Shown here: positions 28,070 through 38,064 of the stretch, piece after piece
Layout: each line of letters opens with the position of its first letter
How positions within the stretch are numbered: position 1 is the first letter of the stretch
Assembly: GCA_965221185.1 (NCBI GenBank)
Contig: OZ244866.1
Location: forward strand, 2,469,838-2,533,837
Direction of reading: 5' to 3'
Length of the DNA: 64,000 bases
DNA from: Candidatus Aldehydirespirator sp.
Lineage (GTDB): Bacteria > Actinomycetota > Acidimicrobiia > Acidimicrobiales > Aldehydirespiratoraceae
Made by a program: the position numbers and the translations under genes
Notes under the pieces: generated by a model
What the model was told of the DNA's origin: nothing
The model's database searches: none
The model's input: the letters and a program-made list of their open reading frames with translations, nothing else

Positions 28070-28768
28070 CAGCAGCGCAGGGCCCACCATCTCGTCGGGA
28101 TGGGCCAAGCGGCCCAGCAGCGTGCCCGCGCCCATCGACTTCGCCGCATCAGGCCCCTGATTGCGCACCATGTCGGTGTCCACCGGGCCAGGCGCCAGGG
28201 CGTTCACCCGGATCCCTCTGGGGGCCAGCTCACCGGCCGCGGACCGGGTGTAGGCCAGCAGCGCAGCCTTCATCGCCCCGTAGATCGAGAAGCCCCGCGA
28301 GAACATGAAGGCCCCGACGCTGATCACGTTGACCACCGAGGCGTGAGGGCTCTCCTCCAACTGCGGCAGGCAGGCCTGGGTCAGCAGGGCGGGGCCGCGC
28401 AGGTTCACCTCGAACGACTTCTGCCACGCGACCGCGGTCTGGGCGCCGATGGGCTGAGCCAGGGCGTTGGCCGCGTTGTTGACCAAGATGTCGACCCCGC
28501 CGAAGCGATCCGCCGCGGCGGCAGCCAGCGCTTCGACCGCGTCAAGGTCGCCCATATGGGTGGGTACTCCCAGGGCGTCGAAACCCGCTTCCGTCAGACG
28601 CTCCTCGGCGGCGGCGCAGGACTCCGCTGAGCGCGACGCCACCACCACCCGGGCACCGGCGCAGGCCAGCCCCTCGGCAACGGCGCGGCCTATGCCCCGG
28701 GTGCCGCCGGTCACAATGGCGGTGCGACCGTTCAGATCAAACAGGCTGCCATAGGAATCAGAGTCCAT
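27998..28768 (-). CDS. short-chain dehydrogenase/reductase (SDR)
   Basis: VTGGTRGIGRAV cofactor motif and YGAMKAA catalytic motif. Confidence 0.85.
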   Translation of the reverse strand: MDSDSYGSLFDLNGRTAIVTGGTRGIGRAVAEGLACAGARVVVASRSAESCAAAEERLTEAGFDALGVPTHMGDLDAVEALAAAAADRFGGVDILVNNAANALAQPIGAQTAVAWQKSFEVNLRGPALLTQACLPQLEESPHASVVNVISVGAFMFSRGFSIYGAMKAALLAYTRSAAGELAPRGIRVNALAPGPVDTDMVRNQGPDAAKSMGAGTLLGRLAHPDEMVGPALLLASDAGRFITGQVIVADGGLHPH

Positions 28769-28942
28769 GTTCGGGGCAGCGTAGGCGCCCCCGACTCACA
28801 CCACGCGACCGCCTCGCCGGGGATGGCACCGGGCAAGGAGAGGGCGGCCCGTCCGTCACCAGGCCGCACCCGCTACAGGATCCGCCGGCCGGAACCATTC
28901 GACGACCAAGACGAACCGGGCCCGCCGGTAGCCTGATCGGCC

Positions 28943-31900
28943 ATGACCGAAGGCGACGACGGCCCCTACCCATCCGTCGGCAGCCCCGATTTTCCTGCCA
29001 TCGAGCAGCGGGTGCTGGCCCGCTGGAAGGCCGAAGGAACCTTCGAGGAGTCGGTGAGGGCCCGGCCCGCCGACCGGGACTGGGTGTTCTACGACGGGCC
29101 GCCGTTCGCCAACGGGCTCCCCCACCACGGCCACTTACTTACTGGTTACGTGAAGGATGTCGTGCCCCGGTACCAGACCATGAGGGGCAACCGGGTCGAC
29201 CGCCGCTTCGGATGGGACTGCCACGGGCTGCCCGCGGAGATGGAGACCGAGCGCGAGCTGGGCGTCGCCGGACGGGCCGCCGTCGCCGAGTTCGGCATCG
29301 CCGAGTTCAACCAGCGCTGCCGCCAGTCGGTTGTTCGCTACACCCGCGAGTGGGAGGACACGGTCACCCGGCAGGCCCGCTGGGTGGACTTCGGCAACGA
29401 CTACAAGACCATGGACCTGACCTACATGGAGTCGGTCATGTGGGCCTTCGCCCAGCTCCACCGCAAGGGGCTGGTGTACGAGGCGTACAGGGTGATGCCC
29501 TACTCGTGGGGCGCGGAGACGCCGCTGTCGAACTTCGAGATCCGCCTGGACGACGCTACCCGGCCCCGCCAGGACCCGGCCATCACAGTGGCATTCGACC
29601 TCGTGCCCCAGCCCGGCGACCCGGGACCGATGAGGCTTCTGGCCTGGACGACCACGCCGTGGACGCTGCCGTCGAATCTCGCACTCGCGGTAGGGCCGGA
29701 CATTCCCTACGCAGTGATGGAGTCCGACGGTGTCCACTGCGTGCTGGCCGAGGCCACCGTGGCCGCCTACGACGCCCAGCTGTCGCAGGCCCGCCGGGTC
29801 GGCACCGTCGGCGGCGATGAGCTCGTGGGGCGGGCCTACGCCCCGCTGTTCGACTTCTTCGCCCACCGCACCGAGGCCTTCCGGGTGCTGGCCGCCGACT
29901 TCATCGACACCGCCGAGGGCACCGGCATCATCCACATGGCGCCGGGCTTCGGCGCCGAGGACCAGGAGGTGTGCGAGGCCAACGGGATCGCCATCGCCGA
30001 CGCGGTGCCCGTGGACGACCGGGGCCGGTTCACCGAGCCGGTGTCGGACTGGGCCGGCATCAACGTGTTCGAGGCCAACGCCGGGATCATCCGCCATCTC
30101 AAGGCCCAGGGCCGCATCCTGCGCCACGACAGCTACGAGCACAACTACCCGTACTGCTGGCGCACCGACACCCCCATCATCTACCGGGCCATCAACAGCT
30201 GGTACGTGCAGGTGACCGCCATCCGGGACCGGCTCTCAGAGCTCAACCAGCAGATCAACTGGGTGCCGGACCATGTGCGCGACGGCCGCTTCGGCATGTG
30301 GCTGGAGGGCGCCCGGGACTGGTCGATCAGCCGCAACCGGTTCTGGGGCTCGCCCATCCCGGTGTGGCGCAGCGACGACCCCGCGTACCCGCGCATCGAC
30401 GTGTACGGCTCGCTCGACGAACTCGAACGCGACTTCGGGGTGCGCCCCGACGACCTGCACCGGCCCTTCATCGACGCCCTCACCCGCCCCAACCCTGACG
30501 ACTCCACCGGTCGCTCGGTGATGCGGCGGGTGCCGGAGGTGCTCGACTGCTGGTTCGAGTCGGGCTCCATGCCCTTCGCGCAGGTCCACTACCCCTTCGA
30601 GAACACCGAGTGGTTCGAGAGCCACTTCCCGGCCGACTTCATCGTGGAGTACATCAATCAGACCCGGGGCTGGTTCTACACGCTGCACGTCCTGGCCGGG
30701 GCGCTGTTCGACCGGCCCGCTTTCTCCAATGTGATCTGCCACGGGATCCTGCTCGCCGCCGACGGCACCAAGCTGTCCAAGAAGCTGCGCAACTACACCG
30801 AGCCCGCCGACATCTTCGGGAATCAGGGCGCCGACGCCATGCGCTGGTACCTGATGGCGGCCAACATCGTGCGGGGCGGCGACCTGCGGGTGAGCGACGC
30901 CGGCATCGACGAGGTCACCCGCCAGGTGCTGCTGCCGGTCTGGAACGCCTATTCGTTCTTCACGATGTACGCCAACGCCGAGGGCTACCGGGCCGAGGCG
31001 CGCACCGACAGCGACGACGTGCTGGACCGCTACGTGCTGGCCCGCACCCGGACGATGGTGCAGCAGGTGACCGAGCGCATGGACGCCTACGACCTGCCCG
31101 GCGGCGCGACCGAGATCGCCTCGTTCATCGACGCGCTGAACAACTGGTACATCCGCCGCTCCCGGGACCGCTTCTGGAACGCGGGCGGCGCCGACACCGA
31201 CCGGGCCGCCTTCGACACCCTGTATGTGGTGCTGACCACCCTGACCCGGGTGGCCGCGCCGTTCCTGCCCATGATCGCCGAGGAGATCCACAGCGGGCTG
31301 ACCGGCGGCTCGTCGGTGCATCTTGCCGACTGGCCCGACCCCGACGCCGAGGGCCTGCCCGCCGACGACGCCCTGGTGGCCCGCATGGAGCGCCTGCGCG
31401 ACGCGGCCTCCGCGGCGCTGCGGGTGCGCGAGGACGCCGGACTGCGGGTGCGCCTGCCGCTGGCCCGCGCCACCGTGGCCGGCGAGGGCGCCGAGGACAT
31501 CGCCCCGCTCGTGGACCTGCTGGCCGACGAGATCAACGTCAAGTCGGTGGTGCTCACCGACGACCTGTCCGCCCACGCCTCGCTGGCGCTGAGGCCCAAC
31601 GGCGCAGTGCTGGGCCCCCGCCTGGGCGGGGATGTGCAGGCCGTGTTCAAGGCGGCCCGCTCGGGCGCCTGGACCCGCAACGACGACGGCACCGCCACCG
31701 TCGCCGGCCACGTGCTGGAGGCGGGCAGCTTCGACCTGGCCGTGGAGCCGTCGGAGGGCGGCGCCGCGGCCGGCCTGCAGTCCGGCGACGCCGTGGTCGT
31801 GCTCGACGCCGAGGTCACGCCGGAGCTGGAGGCCGAGGGCTGGGCCCGCGACGCGGTGCGGGTCATCCAGGACTGCCGACGCACCGACGGCTACGTGGTG

Positions 31901-32191
31901 ACCGACCGCATCGAGGTGTCGCTGGCGCTGGCCTCAGCGGAGCAGGCCGCAGCCGTGGAGCAATGGCACGACTACGTAGCCGGGCAGGTGCTGGCCACCG
32001 AACTGGAGGTCGCCGCCTTCGAGGCCACCGGAGGCGACGCCAGCGGGGCCTCCGAGTCGTACACAACCAGCCGCTGGCTGGCAGGCTTCGTCGCCCACGA
32101 CGTCACCATTGACGGGCAGGCGGGCCGCTGTTACCTGATGCCCAGCACAACCCGGCGCCGCCGACCCGGCGACAGCACCCGGCAGTTCTGA
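28943..32191 (+). CDS. ileS: isoleucine--tRNA ligase
   Basis: 1082 aa. HIGH-type motif (PPFANGLPHHGHLLTGY), KMSKS-type motif (KLSKKLRNY), a CP1 editing region and a class I Ile/Val/Leu-type layout. Confidence 0.95.
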   Translation: MTEGDDGPYPSVGSPDFPAIEQRVLARWKAEGTFEESVRARPADRDWVFYDGPPFANGLPHHGHLLTGYVKDVVPRYQTMRGNRVDRRFGWDCHGLPAEMETERELGVAGRAAVAEFGIAEFNQRCRQSVVRYTREWEDTVTRQARWVDFGNDYKTMDLTYMESVMWAFAQLHRKGLVYEAYRVMPYSWGAETPLSNFEIRLDDATRPRQDPAITVAFDLVPQPGDPGPMRLLAWTTTPWTLPSNLALAVGPDIPYAVMESDGVHCVLAEATVAAYDAQLSQARRVGTVGGDELVGRAYAPLFDFFAHRTEAFRVLAADFIDTAEGTGIIHMAPGFGAEDQEVCEANGIAIADAVPVDDRGRFTEPVSDWAGINVFEANAGIIRHLKAQGRILRHDSYEHNYPYCWRTDTPIIYRAINSWYVQVTAIRDRLSELNQQINWVPDHVRDGRFGMWLEGARDWSISRNRFWGSPIPVWRSDDPAYPRIDVYGSLDELERDFGVRPDDLHRPFIDALTRPNPDDSTGRSVMRRVPEVLDCWFESGSMPFAQVHYPFENTEWFESHFPADFIVEYINQTRGWFYTLHVLAGALFDRPAFSNVICHGILLAADGTKLSKKLRNYTEPADIFGNQGADAMRWYLMAANIVRGGDLRVSDAGIDEVTRQVLLPVWNAYSFFTMYANAEGYRAEARTDSDDVLDRYVLARTRTMVQQVTERMDAYDLPGGATEIASFIDALNNWYIRRSRDRFWNAGGADTDRAAFDTLYVVLTTLTRVAAPFLPMIAEEIHSGLTGGSSVHLADWPDPDAEGLPADDALVARMERLRDAASAALRVREDAGLRVRLPLARATVAGEGAEDIAPLVDLLADEINVKSVVLTDDLSAHASLALRPNGAVLGPRLGGDVQAVFKAARSGAWTRNDDGTATVAGHVLEAGSFDLAVEPSEGGAAAGLQSGDAVVVLDAEVTPELEAEGWARDAVRVIQDCRRTDGYVVTDRIEVSLALASAEQAAAVEQWHDYVAGQVLATELEVAAFEATGGDASGASESYTTSRWLAGFVAHDVTIDGQAGRCYLMPSTTRRRRPGDSTRQF

Positions 32192-32208
32192 CCCCCGCAT
32201 GAAGCGGA

Positions 32209-32487
32209 CTATCGGGCCCTAGGCGGAGCAGTCGTCCCGCGGGCCTTCTCGTGGCCGTCGGCGAGCGCCTTGCCGAATAGCCCGTCGGCACCGCTGGAGC
32301 CGGAGCTGGAACCACCCGCCGCGCCCTGGACATGCATGGCGCCGCGCACCTGTTTGGCGGCCTTCGCTCGCTCAGCGGCGGCGCTGTTCGGGGCCGATGG
32401 TTTTGTCGGCATCCGGAACAGTGCCATCAGGAAGTGGTCGACGTGCTCAAAGGCGCTTCGGATGCCCCCGAGAATCTTGTTGAACAT
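32209..32487 (-). CDS. small hypothetical protein (92 aa)
   Basis: ATG 32487 gives MFNKILGGIRSAFEHVDHFLMALF.... Third-position GC is high. The RBS is weak and I recognise no family. Confidence 0.35.
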   Translation of the reverse strand: MFNKILGGIRSAFEHVDHFLMALFRMPTKPSAPNSAAAERAKAAKQVRGAMHVQGAAGGSSSGSSGADGLFGKALADGHEKARGTTAPPRAR

Positions 32488-32635
32488 CTCACATCCATTA
32501 CATGACGTGCCCTCTTGCGGGCACTGCCAACCTAGCAGCCAGGCAGGACACAGCACCCGCTGTCGGCCTGTCTGCGATAAACGGGGACGCGCCCGCCGTG
32601 GCCGGGCCACGGGCGCTTCGAGCCGGGCGTAGTGC

Positions 32636-33607
32636 CTAGCCGGCTCCGATGCGGCGGCCGTCCTCAACCAGGTTGATCTCCCAGATCACCTTGGCCAGGG
32701 CGTCGGCCGCGGAGATCGAGGGGTAGCGCAGCGGATTGTCGTCGGTGACGCAGGTTGGCAGCGGCGTCAGGATCGTCCAAGGCGTGGGGTGGGCGAACTG
32801 CACCACCGAGTAGCGGTCGCCGGGCTGGCCCTCGGTGGCTGCCACCCGGTGGATGCCCGCACCGATGACGCCGTTGGTCAGGTGGTCGAGCATCATGCCC
32901 GTGTTGATGATGGCGCTGCCCTCGGGGGGGATCGCGTCGACCCAGCCCCGGTCGGTGCGCACCTGCAGGCCCGGGGCCGTGGCCCGCGGCAGCATGGTGA
33001 TCAGGTTGATGTCGCCGTGCTCGGCCGCCCACATGAAGCCCTCGCCGGGCGCGGTGCTCATCGGCGGGTAGTGGATGGCCCGGGTGAGGGTCGAACCGTG
33101 CTCCAGCATGGTGTCGAAGAAGTCCTCGTGGATCCCTATCCCGGCCGCGATCACCCTCAGCACCCGCCGCTGGATATCGAGCACCGAGACGTGGAACCCG
33201 AGCAGGAGTTCGGTGACGCCGGGCAGGTCGTCCTCGGGCAGCACGGGCGGCCCGTAGCGCTGCGGGTAGCGCTGGCGAAGCGGATGGCCCGCCGGCGCGG
33301 GCTCGCCCCAATTGAGCATCTCCTTGAGGTCGGGGATGTCGGAGATGGCTGCCGTCTCGGTCATCATCGGGGTGTAGCCGGTCTCGCCGTGGGCGCCGGC
33401 CACGATGTAGCGGTCCTTGCGCTCCTTGGGCAGGTCGAAGAACGCCTCGAGCTGCCCGTAGGCCTCATCGATCACTCCCGCGCCCAGGTCGTGGGCCACG
33501 TACACGAAGCCGGTGACCAGGCTGCGCATCACGCCGTCCACCACCGCGGCCCGCTCGGTCCGGTTGCCCCGCTCGAAAGCCGCCAGATCGACGTCGAGTA
33601 TCTCCAC
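32636..33607 (-). CDS. 2-oxoglutarate/Fe(II)-dependent oxygenase (isopenicillin N synthase-like family)
   Basis: 323 aa. H-x-D (EHGDINLITML) and a distal His (GIHRV) form the facial triad. Confidence 0.85.
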   Translation of the reverse strand: MEILDVDLAAFERGNRTERAAVVDGVMRSLVTGFVYVAHDLGAGVIDEAYGQLEAFFDLPKERKDRYIVAGAHGETGYTPMMTETAAISDIPDLKEMLNWGEPAPAGHPLRQRYPQRYGPPVLPEDDLPGVTELLLGFHVSVLDIQRRVLRVIAAGIGIHEDFFDTMLEHGSTLTRAIHYPPMSTAPGEGFMWAAEHGDINLITMLPRATAPGLQVRTDRGWVDAIPPEGSAIINTGMMLDHLTNGVIGAGIHRVAATEGQPGDRYSVVQFAHPTPWTILTPLPTCVTDDNPLRYPSISAADALAKVIWEINLVEDGRRIGAG

Positions 33608-33672
33608 CCTCGCAACGCTAGTCGCACGCCGGGATCAAGAAGCCCTGCTCAAGGGGGGTGGCGGGGCGCAAT

Positions 33673-33702
33673 TTGACACGCGTGTAGTTACGGTGCTGTA
33701 AT
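33673..33702 (+). promoter_or_regulatory. putative sigma-70-type promoter of nrdAB
   Basis: TTGACA (33673-33678), 18 nt, then TGTAAT (33697-33702). The palindrome ACACGCGTGT overlaps the spacer. Confidence 0.5.
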
Positions 33703-33788
33703 TCATACTCTGAAGTGGTGGCCGGCCCGCATCGGGACTCGCAGGATTCCGAGAGCCCCGATGCGCCGGTGAAGGGAGGCGCACCGAC

Positions 33789-36233
33789 GTGACGACGATC
33801 CAGGACCGCCTGACCACCGTCGCCGATGCGCCGCCGGCTGCGTCAGCGCCGACGACCATGCGAGTGCGCAAGCGCAACGGCAACCTCGAGCCAGTCGACG
33901 TGAACAAGATCGTCAACGCGGTGGCCCGGGCCGCCGAGGGACTGCTGGGCATCGATCCCCTGACGGTCAGCACCCGCACCATCGCGGCCCTCGCCGACGG
34001 GGCCACCACCCGCGAGCTCGACGAGCTGAGCATCCGCACCGCGGCCGGGCTCATCGTGGAGGAGCCCAACTACTCCAAGCTCGCGGCCCGCATGCTGGCC
34101 ACCTACATCGACAAGGAGGTCCGCAACCAGAACATCCCCTGGTTCTCCGAGGCGATAGAGACCGGCCACCGGCTCGGGCTGATCGGCGACGACACCGCAG
34201 AGTTCGTGCGAGCCCACTCCCCCGGCCTCAACGCGGCCATCGACTCGGGCCGGGACCGCAACTTCGAGTTCTTCGGCCTCCGAACCGTCTACGACCGCTA
34301 CCTGCTGCGCCACCCTGAAACCCGCCGCGTGATCGAGACCCCGCAGCACTTCATGCTGCGAGTGGCCTGCGGGCTGAGCACCGACCCCGAAGAGGCCATC
34401 GCGTTCTACGACCTGATCTCGTCGCTGGCCTACCTGCCGTCGAGCCCGACGCTGTTCAACTCGGGCACGATGCATCCGCAGATGTCGAGTTGCTACCTGC
34501 TCGACTCCCCCGTGGACTCCCTCGAGGGCATCTATCAGCGCTACACCGACATCGCCCGGCTCTCGAAATACGCGGGCGGCATCGGCGTGGGATGGCACCG
34601 GGTCCGCTCCAAGGGATCGCTCATCAAGGGCACCAACGGGCTGTCCAACGGCATCGTGCCATGGATCAAGACCCTCGACTCGTCGGTGGCCGCGGTCAAC
34701 CAGGGCGGCCGGCGCAAGGGCGCGGCCTGCGTGTACCTGGAGTCCTGGCACGCGGACATCGAGCAGTTCCTCGAGATGCGCGACAACACCGGCGACCACG
34801 CCCGGCGCACCCACAACATCAACCTGGCCAACTGGGTGCCCGACCTGTTCATGGAGCGGGTGGAGAAGGACTGGCAGTGGAGCCTGTTCGACCCCAAGAA
34901 GGTGCCCGAGCTCACAGACACCTACGGCGACGAGTTCCGGACCATCTACGAGCAAGCCGAAGCCGACGGCCGCTTCGAGCGCCAGGTGCCGGCCCGCCAG
35001 CTCTACACCCGGATGATGCGAACCCTGGCCGAGACCGGCAACGGCTGGATGACGTTCAAGGACGCCTCCAACGCCAAGTGCAACCAGACCGGGCCCGGAC
35101 CGGCGGGCGACACCAACGCCCGAGACCGGGTGGTGCACCTATCGAACCTGTGCACCGAGATCATCGAAGTGACCAGCGACGCCGAGACCGCGGTCTGCAA
35201 CCTCGGGTCGGTCAACCTCGGCGCGTTCGTTCACCGAACTACGGCAACCTCCAACGGCAGCGCCCCGACCGGATTCGACTTCGAGCGGCTCGGCGAGGTG
35301 GTCCGGCTGGTGGTCGGCTTCCTCGACCGTGTAATCGACATCAACTACTACCCGACCAGCGAGTCCCAGGCCTCCAACCGGCGCTGGCGCCCGGTGGGCC
35401 TGGGCCTCATGGGCCTTCAGGACGTGTTCTTCAAGCTGGGCCTGGCCTTCGACTCCGCCGAGGCCCGATCCCTCAGCCGCCGCATCTCCGAGGAGATCTA
35501 CTTCAACGCCCTCTGGGCCTCCACGGAGCTCGCCGAGGCCAGCGGGTCCCACCCCGGCTTCTCCGACACCCGGGCCGCGGCCGGCGATCTGCAGTTCGAC
35601 CTCTGGGGGGCCGAGCCGTCCGACCCCGAGCGCTGGACGCCGCTGCGGGCGCGAGTCGCAAAGCACGGGCTGCGCAACTCTCTGCTGATCGCGATCGCAC
35701 CGACGGCCACCATCGCCGCCATCGCCGGCTGCTACGAGTGCATCGAGCCCCAGGTGTCGAACCTGTTCAAGCGCGAGACCCTCTCGGGCGAGTTCATGCA
35801 GGTGAACCGCTACCTCGTGGCCGAGCTGAAGGCCAGAGGACTGTGGGACGACAAGATGATCGCCGACGTCAAGAAGGCGGAAGGCTCGATCCAACAGATC
35901 GAGCGCATCCCCGAGGATCTTCGAGCCATGTATCGCACCGCGTGGGAGATCCCGCAGCGCTCGCTCATCGAGATGGCCGCCGATCGGGGCGCCTTCATCG
36001 ACCAGAGCCAGTCGCTCAACCTGTTCATCGAGGCCCCGACCATCGGGAAGCTGTCGTCTATGTACATGCACGCGTGGAAGCAGGGCCTCAAGACCACCTA
36101 CTACCTGCGGTCGAGGCCAGCGACGCGGATCAACCAGACCACCACCAACGGCAACGGCACCTCCCCCACCGACGCGGAGGCCGCGGTGGCCTGCTCCTTG
36201 GAAAATCCTGAGACCTGCGAGGCATGCGACTGA
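33789..36233 (+). CDS. nrdA: class I ribonucleoside-diphosphate reductase alpha subunit with N-terminal ATP-cone
   Basis: GAAGGGAGG RBS before GTG 33789. ATP-cone (RVRKRNGNLEPVDVNKIVNAV), catalytic regions (NLCTEI, PTATIA) and a C-terminal Cys pair (ETCEAC). Confidence 0.9.
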   Translation: MTTIQDRLTTVADAPPAASAPTTMRVRKRNGNLEPVDVNKIVNAVARAAEGLLGIDPLTVSTRTIAALADGATTRELDELSIRTAAGLIVEEPNYSKLAARMLATYIDKEVRNQNIPWFSEAIETGHRLGLIGDDTAEFVRAHSPGLNAAIDSGRDRNFEFFGLRTVYDRYLLRHPETRRVIETPQHFMLRVACGLSTDPEEAIAFYDLISSLAYLPSSPTLFNSGTMHPQMSSCYLLDSPVDSLEGIYQRYTDIARLSKYAGGIGVGWHRVRSKGSLIKGTNGLSNGIVPWIKTLDSSVAAVNQGGRRKGAACVYLESWHADIEQFLEMRDNTGDHARRTHNINLANWVPDLFMERVEKDWQWSLFDPKKVPELTDTYGDEFRTIYEQAEADGRFERQVPARQLYTRMMRTLAETGNGWMTFKDASNAKCNQTGPGPAGDTNARDRVVHLSNLCTEIIEVTSDAETAVCNLGSVNLGAFVHRTTATSNGSAPTGFDFERLGEVVRLVVGFLDRVIDINYYPTSESQASNRRWRPVGLGLMGLQDVFFKLGLAFDSAEARSLSRRISEEIYFNALWASTELAEASGSHPGFSDTRAAAGDLQFDLWGAEPSDPERWTPLRARVAKHGLRNSLLIAIAPTATIAAIAGCYECIEPQVSNLFKRETLSGEFMQVNRYLVAELKARGLWDDKMIADVKKAEGSIQQIERIPEDLRAMYRTAWEIPQRSLIEMAADRGAFIDQSQSLNLFIEAPTIGKLSSMYMHAWKQGLKTTYYLRSRPATRINQTTTNGNGTSPTDAEAAVACSLENPETCEACD

Positions 36234-37360
36234 TGGCCATCACCGACGTTTCTGTTGATCATCTCGATCTCCCGGGCCGGGACTCCGCCGTCCACGCCCC
36301 TCCCGCAGGCACCCAGCCTGATTCGGATGCCGAGGCCCGGCCCGGGCAGCCCTCCGTTCGGTCCAACATCCTGGACCCGGGCTTCGACCTGACGCTGCGA
36401 CCGATGCGCTACCCGCAGTTCTTCGAGATGTACCGCGACGCGATCAAGAACACCTGGACGGTCGACGAGATCGACTTCTCCGACGACCTCGTCGACCTGG
36501 ACCGCAAGTTGATGCCGGCCGAGAAGCACCTGATACGCCGGCTGGTGGCCTTCTTCGCCACCGGCGACTCCATCGTGGCCAACAACTTGGTCCTCAACCT
36601 CTACGAGCACATCAACGCGCCCGAAGCCCGGATGTACCTGTCGCGCCAGCTCTACGAAGAGGCGCTGCACGTGCAGTTCTACCTGAACCTGCTCGACAAC
36701 TACATCCCCGACCACGATGAGCGGGCCGAGGCGTTCGCGGCCATCGAGAACATCCCGTCGCTACGGGCCAAGGCCGAGTTCTGCTTCAAGTGGATGGGCT
36801 CCGTCGGCGACGGGCCGCTTCGCACCGCGGCCGACCGGCGCCGGTTCCTGCTGAACCTGATCTGCTTCGCGGCCTGCATCGAGGGCCTGTTCTTCTTCGC
36901 CGCCTTCGCCTACGTGTACTTCCTGCGGTCCAAGGGCCTGCTCAACGGGCTGGCCGCGGGCACCAACTGGGTGTTCCGCGACGAGTCGATGCACATGAAC
37001 TTCGCCTTCGAGGTGATCCGCACGGTGCGGAGCGAGGAGCCTGAGCTGTTCGACGAGGAGCTCGGCCGCGACATCAGCGACATGCTGGCGGAGGCGGTGG
37101 ACGCCGAGCACGAGTTCGCGGCGGACCTGCTGGGCGAGGGCGTGCCGGGCATGTCGGTGGCCGACACCCGGTCCTACCTCGAGTTTGTGGCCGATCAACG
37201 GCTAGTGCAGCTGGGTTTGCCCCGCCGCTTCGGCAGCCGAAACCCGTTCTCGTTCATGGAGCTGCAGGACGTGCAGGAGCTTTCGAACTTCTTCGAGCGC
37301 ACCGTCTCCGCGTACCAGGTGGGCGTCGAGGGCGAGGTCTCCTTCGACGAGGACTTCTGA
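36224..37360 (+). CDS. nrdB: class I ribonucleotide reductase beta subunit
   Basis: Di-iron ligand motifs (FFATGDSIV, EEALHVQFY with Tyr at His+4, ESMHMNF). ATG 36233, in a TGATG overlap, is an alternative start. Confidence 0.9.
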   Translation: MRLMAITDVSVDHLDLPGRDSAVHAPPAGTQPDSDAEARPGQPSVRSNILDPGFDLTLRPMRYPQFFEMYRDAIKNTWTVDEIDFSDDLVDLDRKLMPAEKHLIRRLVAFFATGDSIVANNLVLNLYEHINAPEARMYLSRQLYEEALHVQFYLNLLDNYIPDHDERAEAFAAIENIPSLRAKAEFCFKWMGSVGDGPLRTAADRRRFLLNLICFAACIEGLFFFAAFAYVYFLRSKGLLNGLAAGTNWVFRDESMHMNFAFEVIRTVRSEEPELFDEELGRDISDMLAEAVDAEHEFAADLLGEGVPGMSVADTRSYLEFVADQRLVQLGLPRRFGSRNPFSFMELQDVQELSNFFERTVSAYQVGVEGEVSFDEDF

Positions 37361-37410
37361 CGTCGGCGAGAGCTGTCCGAAATGGCCGCTGATGTGATAC
37401 ACAGAGCGGC

Positions 37411-38064
37411 ATGCTGAGATTCGCCGAAGAGATCATCCTGTTGATGCTGCACGACGACGACGGCAAGTTCGCGCGCGTGCCGTCGTGGTCGATGGACCGG
37501 GCCCTGGCAGGGGCGGTGCTCATGGACCTGGCCCTGGAGAACCGGATCGACACCGACCCGGAAAACCTCATCCTCGTCGACGCCATCCCCGTCGGCGACA
37601 GCCTGCTCGACCCGACGCTGGCCGAGATCGCGGCCGGCGACCAGCGCGACGCCCGCTACTGGGTGGAGCACACGGCCAAGAAGGGCGAGCAGATCCGCGA
37701 GGAGGCGCTGTCCCGTCTGGTCGACGCCGGCATCCTGGAGCCGCACGAGGACCGCTTCCTGTGGGTGTTCCGCTCCCGGCGCTACCCGCTGATCGACGGC
37801 AATGCCGAGCGCGAGGTGAAGCTGCGCATCATGGAGGTGCTGTTCTCGGACCAGATCCCCGCACCCCGCGACGTTGTGATCATCGCCCTCGCCGACGCCT
37901 GCGGGATCTTCCGGGAGCTGCTGTCCAAGCGGGAACTCGAGCAGGCCGCCGCCCGCATCGAGCAGGTGCGCAAGCTGGACCTGATCGGCCAGGCCATGGC
38001 CCAGACCATCTACGACATGGAGATGTGGCTGGCCGCCTCCCGCATAGAGGGCCGCATGTTCTAA
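37411..38064 (+). CDS. GPP34/GOLPH3-like family protein
   Basis: N-terminus LRFAEEIILLMLHDDDGKF... and the overall pattern are typical of actinobacterial GPP34 proteins. Confidence 0.75.
   Translation: MLRFAEEIILLMLHDDDGKFARVPSWSMDRALAGAVLMDLALENRIDTDPENLILVDAIPVGDSLLDPTLAEIAAGDQRDARYWVEHTAKKGEQIREEALSRLVDAGILEPHEDRFLWVFRSRRYPLIDGNAEREVKLRIMEVLFSDQIPAPRDVVIIALADACGIFRELLSKRELEQAAARIEQVRKLDLIGQAMAQTIYDMEMWLAASRIEGRMF

Noticed and set aside
28769-28942. T-box riboswitch in the 174-nt ileS leader; actinobacterial ileS genes are known to carry translational T-boxes.
   Set aside because: GGGATGGCACCGG (about 28819-28832) followed by AAGGAGAG loosely resembles the GGGTGGTACCGCG core. However, it has an insertion and UGGC instead of UGGU, so it would not pair with an A73 tRNA-Ile end. 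It also lies ~100 nt from the ATG, and I could not find a convincing Stem I/specifier loop. This is unresolved rather than excluded; Rfam RF00230 cmscan would decide.
33608-33788. NrdR boxes or a cobalamin riboswitch upstream of nrdA.
   Set aside because: There are no paired 16-bp AT-rich NrdR-type palindromes and no B12-box-like core. Only a GC-rich ACACGCGTGT dyad and a simple hairpin were seen.
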